Below, in pieces: positions 60,301 to 64,000 of a stretch of DNA of 64,000 nt; positions within the stretch are counted from its first letter, which is position 1; every line of letters begins with the position of its first letter. Source of the stretch: Leucoraja ocellata (Eukaryota). The notes beneath the pieces are model-generated. The model ran no database searches and was not told the origin of the DNA. It saw nothing but the letters and a program-made list of their open reading frames with translations. The stretch lies in NCBI GenBank assembly GCA_036785375.1, contig JAWMAR010000026.1, positions 12,028,001 through 12,092,000 on the forward strand, written 5' to 3'. The translations under genes and the position numbers were made by a program.

Positions 60301-62950
60301 GAAGAGCCAAACAATGTCTCCATTGTTATTTTTAACTTTACCATCTTATCATTTATTAATTTTGTTGCCACACGATATTCATCAATAGACACATTGATGC
60401 TCTGGCTTTACTCCAAGATCTCTGCTGCTCAAATGTATTAAATTGTTGCTGAATGACCTTCAGCTACAACTTTCTTCTCCCATTTCACTGTGTAGCATGA
60501 AGTCAATATCCACAACGTTCAACTGAGTACATCTGTGCTGACTTTAACTGTCTGGTATGTTGATTGACTGCTAATTGCAGCACATCCTATTGAAGCTAAT
60601 ATTTCCTGTAATCTAAAATAAGGTGTCAACTTGCCTGTGCGGACATGGCACCGACGGACGAGAAGCCGAAGCAAAGAAGTCAAAGCCAAAGAACCGAATG
60701 CCAAAAAAAACGAAAGAGTACGAAGATGAAACGGCAACTAACCAAAAGGATGGGTCGCCTAAAAGCAAACTCACCAAATGGCTGCTCTGTCAAAATGCCA
60801 CCTACTCGAAAGGCGGCGTCTCCTACAAGCAGAAAAGTCCAATAACGGACATCACTTGTCAGCGATAGGTCCAGACCCCCGCATCCATCACATCACTGTG
60901 GAGGGATGAACATTGTCACGCACCTCCTCTCCACCCGACCCACAGCCCGCGGAGGGTGCCCGTGGGAGAGTGGGGGCTGTCCCGATGGATGCGCGCCTTT
61001 GGCCGCCTAGTCACCTATGGCTTGTGTGGAAAAATGACCCCCACCCTGCCGTCCCCCCTTCTCTCTCCCCCATCCCTCTCTCCCCCTCCTACATAGAACA
61101 TAGAAATTAGGTGCAGGAGTAGGCCATTCGGCCCTTCGAGCCTGCACCGCCATTCAATATGATCATGGCTGATCATCCAACTCAGTATCCCGTACCTGCC
61201 TTCTCTCCATACCCCCTGATCCCCTCTCTCTGTCCCTTCTCTCTCTCTCTCTCCTCCTTCTCTCTCCCCTCCTTCTCTCTCCCCCCTTCCCTATCTCCCT
61301 TCTCTATCTCTCTCCCTTCTCTCTCTCTCCTCCTCTCGCTTTTAGGCATCCGCCCTTTCGGTTAGTTTGCATTTAGGCGTCCCATCCTTTCGGTTAGTTG
61401 GTGTTTCGTCTTCGTACTCTTTTGGTTTTTTGGCATTTCAGCCTCGTTTCCATTCGGTTCTTTGGCTTCGACTTCTTTGCATCGGTTTCTCGTCCGTCGG
61501 TGCCACGTCCAGGTACTGTCAACTTACTCAACTTCATCATGCCTCCGATCAACCTCACTGGCTACATATCTGCATCCTCCAACACACATTTAGTTGCTAC
61601 CATCACACCATGAGGTTTCCATTAAATATTTTTCTGTGCCTTCAGTAATCAGACTGATTTTTGAAATTTCACAGTTAAGAAACAGAAATAAAAATGTAGT
61701 CTGCTTCTAACTAACTGATAAGACTTGGACATGTTGATAGCTTTAAACCCACCCAATTGTATTCACTGTTGGATTCAAAGGGGAGCAATATTGGACAGTG
61801 TAAAACCAGTATTATATCCAATTTTGTTAAAATCCAGCTTCACTGATATCATCTAACTTGAACAATTATTTTTTACCTGCCATAGTTCCAAGTAAAGACA
61901 TCTGCCAAGCCCTAAAAATAAATATTTTTAAAATAAATCTTACTTTGTGGACTGTCCGTTGGCATTGGTTTTTCTGTTGTTTCAAGTACACTGCCTCCTC
62001 TGCTATCATTGTCATTAAGTAATGTTGAATCTGATTTCTCATCCTTTTCAGTGCTAGAGCATGCTTGCTCATTTTCATCAGACATCTCCAGGTCATCTTC
62101 TTGCTCATCATTTTCATCGTCATCAGGGGCTGCCAGGAAATGTAGCTTTAAGCCAGTAAAATTGGACAGAAGCAGGAACATGGCCTCAGAATAAAAGAGC
62201 TTCATACATTTGGCAAGAATGTCAGGAAAGCCATCTTCCTCTGCTTGATCATAGCATCTAAGAAACAGAGAGGCGCTATCAGAGAGCATGCCACAAATCC
62301 AGGGAAAACTGACCAGATCTCTGAACAATAACAAGGTTTGTCACTTATTTCACAAATACATTAAACAGATCTGGCAACCCATCTGCTATGAGCACAAGCT
62401 CAAGTTAGCTTCTATTGTACAAAAGGAAACAATGGTGCAGCATTGAAAGACCATACTACTGCAGAGATTGAAATTTTAGATAAAGTGGTCAAACATGGCC
62501 CATTAAATCACCTGAGCAATATAATGAGCAAGCCTGTGTACAGGTCATGATTCCTATGATCTCATGAAGTGGAAGGAAAACGAGAGGGATAAAAAAGATG
62601 AAGCCTAGATAAGCATTCTGTAGCACAAATAATGTATTTTTCTATTTCTGAAATAATGAAGTGCAAATGTGGTGACTGCCATTATCTTCCATTCCAGGTT
62701 TAGGTGCACTTGATTTTTGGAGTAACACAACATTACAGAAAAGTCCTGCTGTAAATTCTGCACAGGTGCTTCTGGGTTAAGTATTCCATTGATAAGCACA
62801 TTTTAAAAAAAATCATTCAACATCTTTAATATTCATGAATGCCGATCCTTCAGATTTCTGATCCACCTACCTTTTGTTGGCTGGCCCTCTTCTCTTCCAT
62901 TTAATCTTTGGGTTAGATATAGCCTCACATACCATCTGAAATTTTTCTTT
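57356..62950 (-). CDS. OGFOD1: Prolyl 3-hydroxylase OGFOD1, last five exons (62950-62871, 62257-61944, 60240-60112, 59944-59886, 57514-57356); gene continues beyond the window
   Basis: Peptides [94 protein letters not shown] and [35 protein letters not shown] match my recollection of the vertebrate OGFOD1 C-terminal half. Splice phases are consistent. Confidence 0.95.
58756..59795. mobile_element. Non-autonomous DNA transposon, copy 2, in the last OGFOD1 intron
   Basis: TAGGTATGTTACAAAA ... TTTTGTAACATTGCTA; flanked by GGTACAG on both sides. Confidence 0.85.
60633..61516. mobile_element. MULE/foldback-like non-autonomous DNA transposon with ~140-bp imperfect TIRs, in an OGFOD1 intron
   Basis: 60641-60770 is the reverse complement of ~61365-61510; 9-bp direct repeat TGTCAACTT at 60624-60632 and 61517-61525. 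Confidence 0.8.
61091..61224 (-). mobile_element. Young CR1 3' tail nested in the MULE-like element
   Basis: Near-identical to the reverse complement of 4360-4500. Confidence 0.9.
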
Positions 62951-64000
62951 CTGATCAGAAAATGCAGAAAAATGTTTGTTTTACTGTTATCGCCTGTGGT
63001 ATCCCTGCATTAACAATATTTTACATTTTGAAACTTAATTTCTTTCTTTTTTTGGATTCTCATCCTCTATTGCTGTAATTTCATAGCTTTTGTTAATTTA
63101 CACTCCACAACTTTGAACAAACATCAAAGTCTGATTGTCAATATAAACCAGTGGGTTGACGTTTTATGCAAAATGACTGTTTCTTTGACTATGGCTCTAA
63201 ATAATCTGGCCTGACAGGGCAGTGCTGATTTGAAGAAACTACAATCTGTGAGGTTCTATTTTTCAGATGATGGTCCTCTCCCATCTGCCTGCCTCGGAGT
63301 CACACCAAAACATCCCAATGCAATGTTTAAACCAGAGCAGTGGAGGTCTCTTGGTTAACATTATTTAATTATTTGGTTAATGTCTCTTGGTTACATTAAT
63401 CTATCAAATAATATTACTATAAGCTATTATATAGTCATGCTTGCCATTTGTAAGATTACCATGCAAACACATCTATTTGATAACAGTAAGAATATAGAAA
63501 ATGCTGAAAATTCTCAGTTGGCCTAGCCCCAGTTGCAGCCTGACCTGTTAAGTATTTCCATATTTTCTGTTTTATTTTAGATTATCACCATTTATTCCAA
63601 TAATATTTCACTAGGCAGATGTGAAGCACTTTAGGACTTCCCAAGACCAAAAAAAAGTGCTGTGTAAATGTGATTTATTTTTTAATATACTCTCACGGAA
63701 GCAGAAATGTCAATAAAAGTATCTCCAATACCTTGACATAAAACCAAAAAGGAATTTTGTTGACCGTTGAAATCTGATACAATACACCTCTTTGGTTTCG
63801 GAATAGTTCCTGACTTTAAGGATCTTATTTTATGGCTGCCCTAATGACCATTTGAAACAAAACAAAATAATTATCTTGCAATCCAGATTAAATTCCTGGG
63901 CCTTTAGAATTCTTGTTTCTTTGATCTCTCCACAGGTGGTTTGATATAAAAAGGGTGAATTAAAGATGATTTTAATTTTTTAAACTGCACAGCAAGTGAG

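Noticed and set aside
61944-62120. Acidic low-complexity stretch in OGFOD1 as a novel insertion
   Set aside because: Human OGFOD1 has a comparable variable acidic linker at the same position.

Overview
This is vertebrate genomic DNA, most likely from a cartilaginous fish (skate/ray-like). That call is an inference from the HER1/CR1 LINEs, HE1-type SINEs and Penelope-like repeats. About half the window is transposon-derived. Manual splicing gives three protein-coding genes. (1) A 7-exon + strand Ig-superfamily receptor (11473-18848, ~355 aa): signal peptide, V domain with a germline-joined J-like G strand, C1 domain, TM, and a tail with four Tyr motifs (ITIM-ITSM-ITIM-ITSM-like, as in SIRP-alpha). 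(2) A convergent 5-exon - strand paralogue (53256-38255, ~321 aa) with the same V(J)-C1-TM layout, but a tail that has no tyrosine signalling motif and carries a KTCVRC (CxxC) motif. (3) The last five exons of OGFOD1 (- strand). The best candidate for an undescribed system is the tail-to-tail pair of non-rearranging, antigen-receptor-like V(J)-C1 receptors with contrasting tails. Secondary observations: many minimal hammerhead-like cores in Penelope pseudo-LTRs, a near-complete CR1 nested in an older CR1, an RLE (HERO/NeSL-like) retroelement, a minisatellite-bearing Helitron, a 9-bp-TSD MULE-like element, and two direct copies of a ~1 kb TAG..CTA DNA transposon. All gene models were read by eye and have no transcript support.
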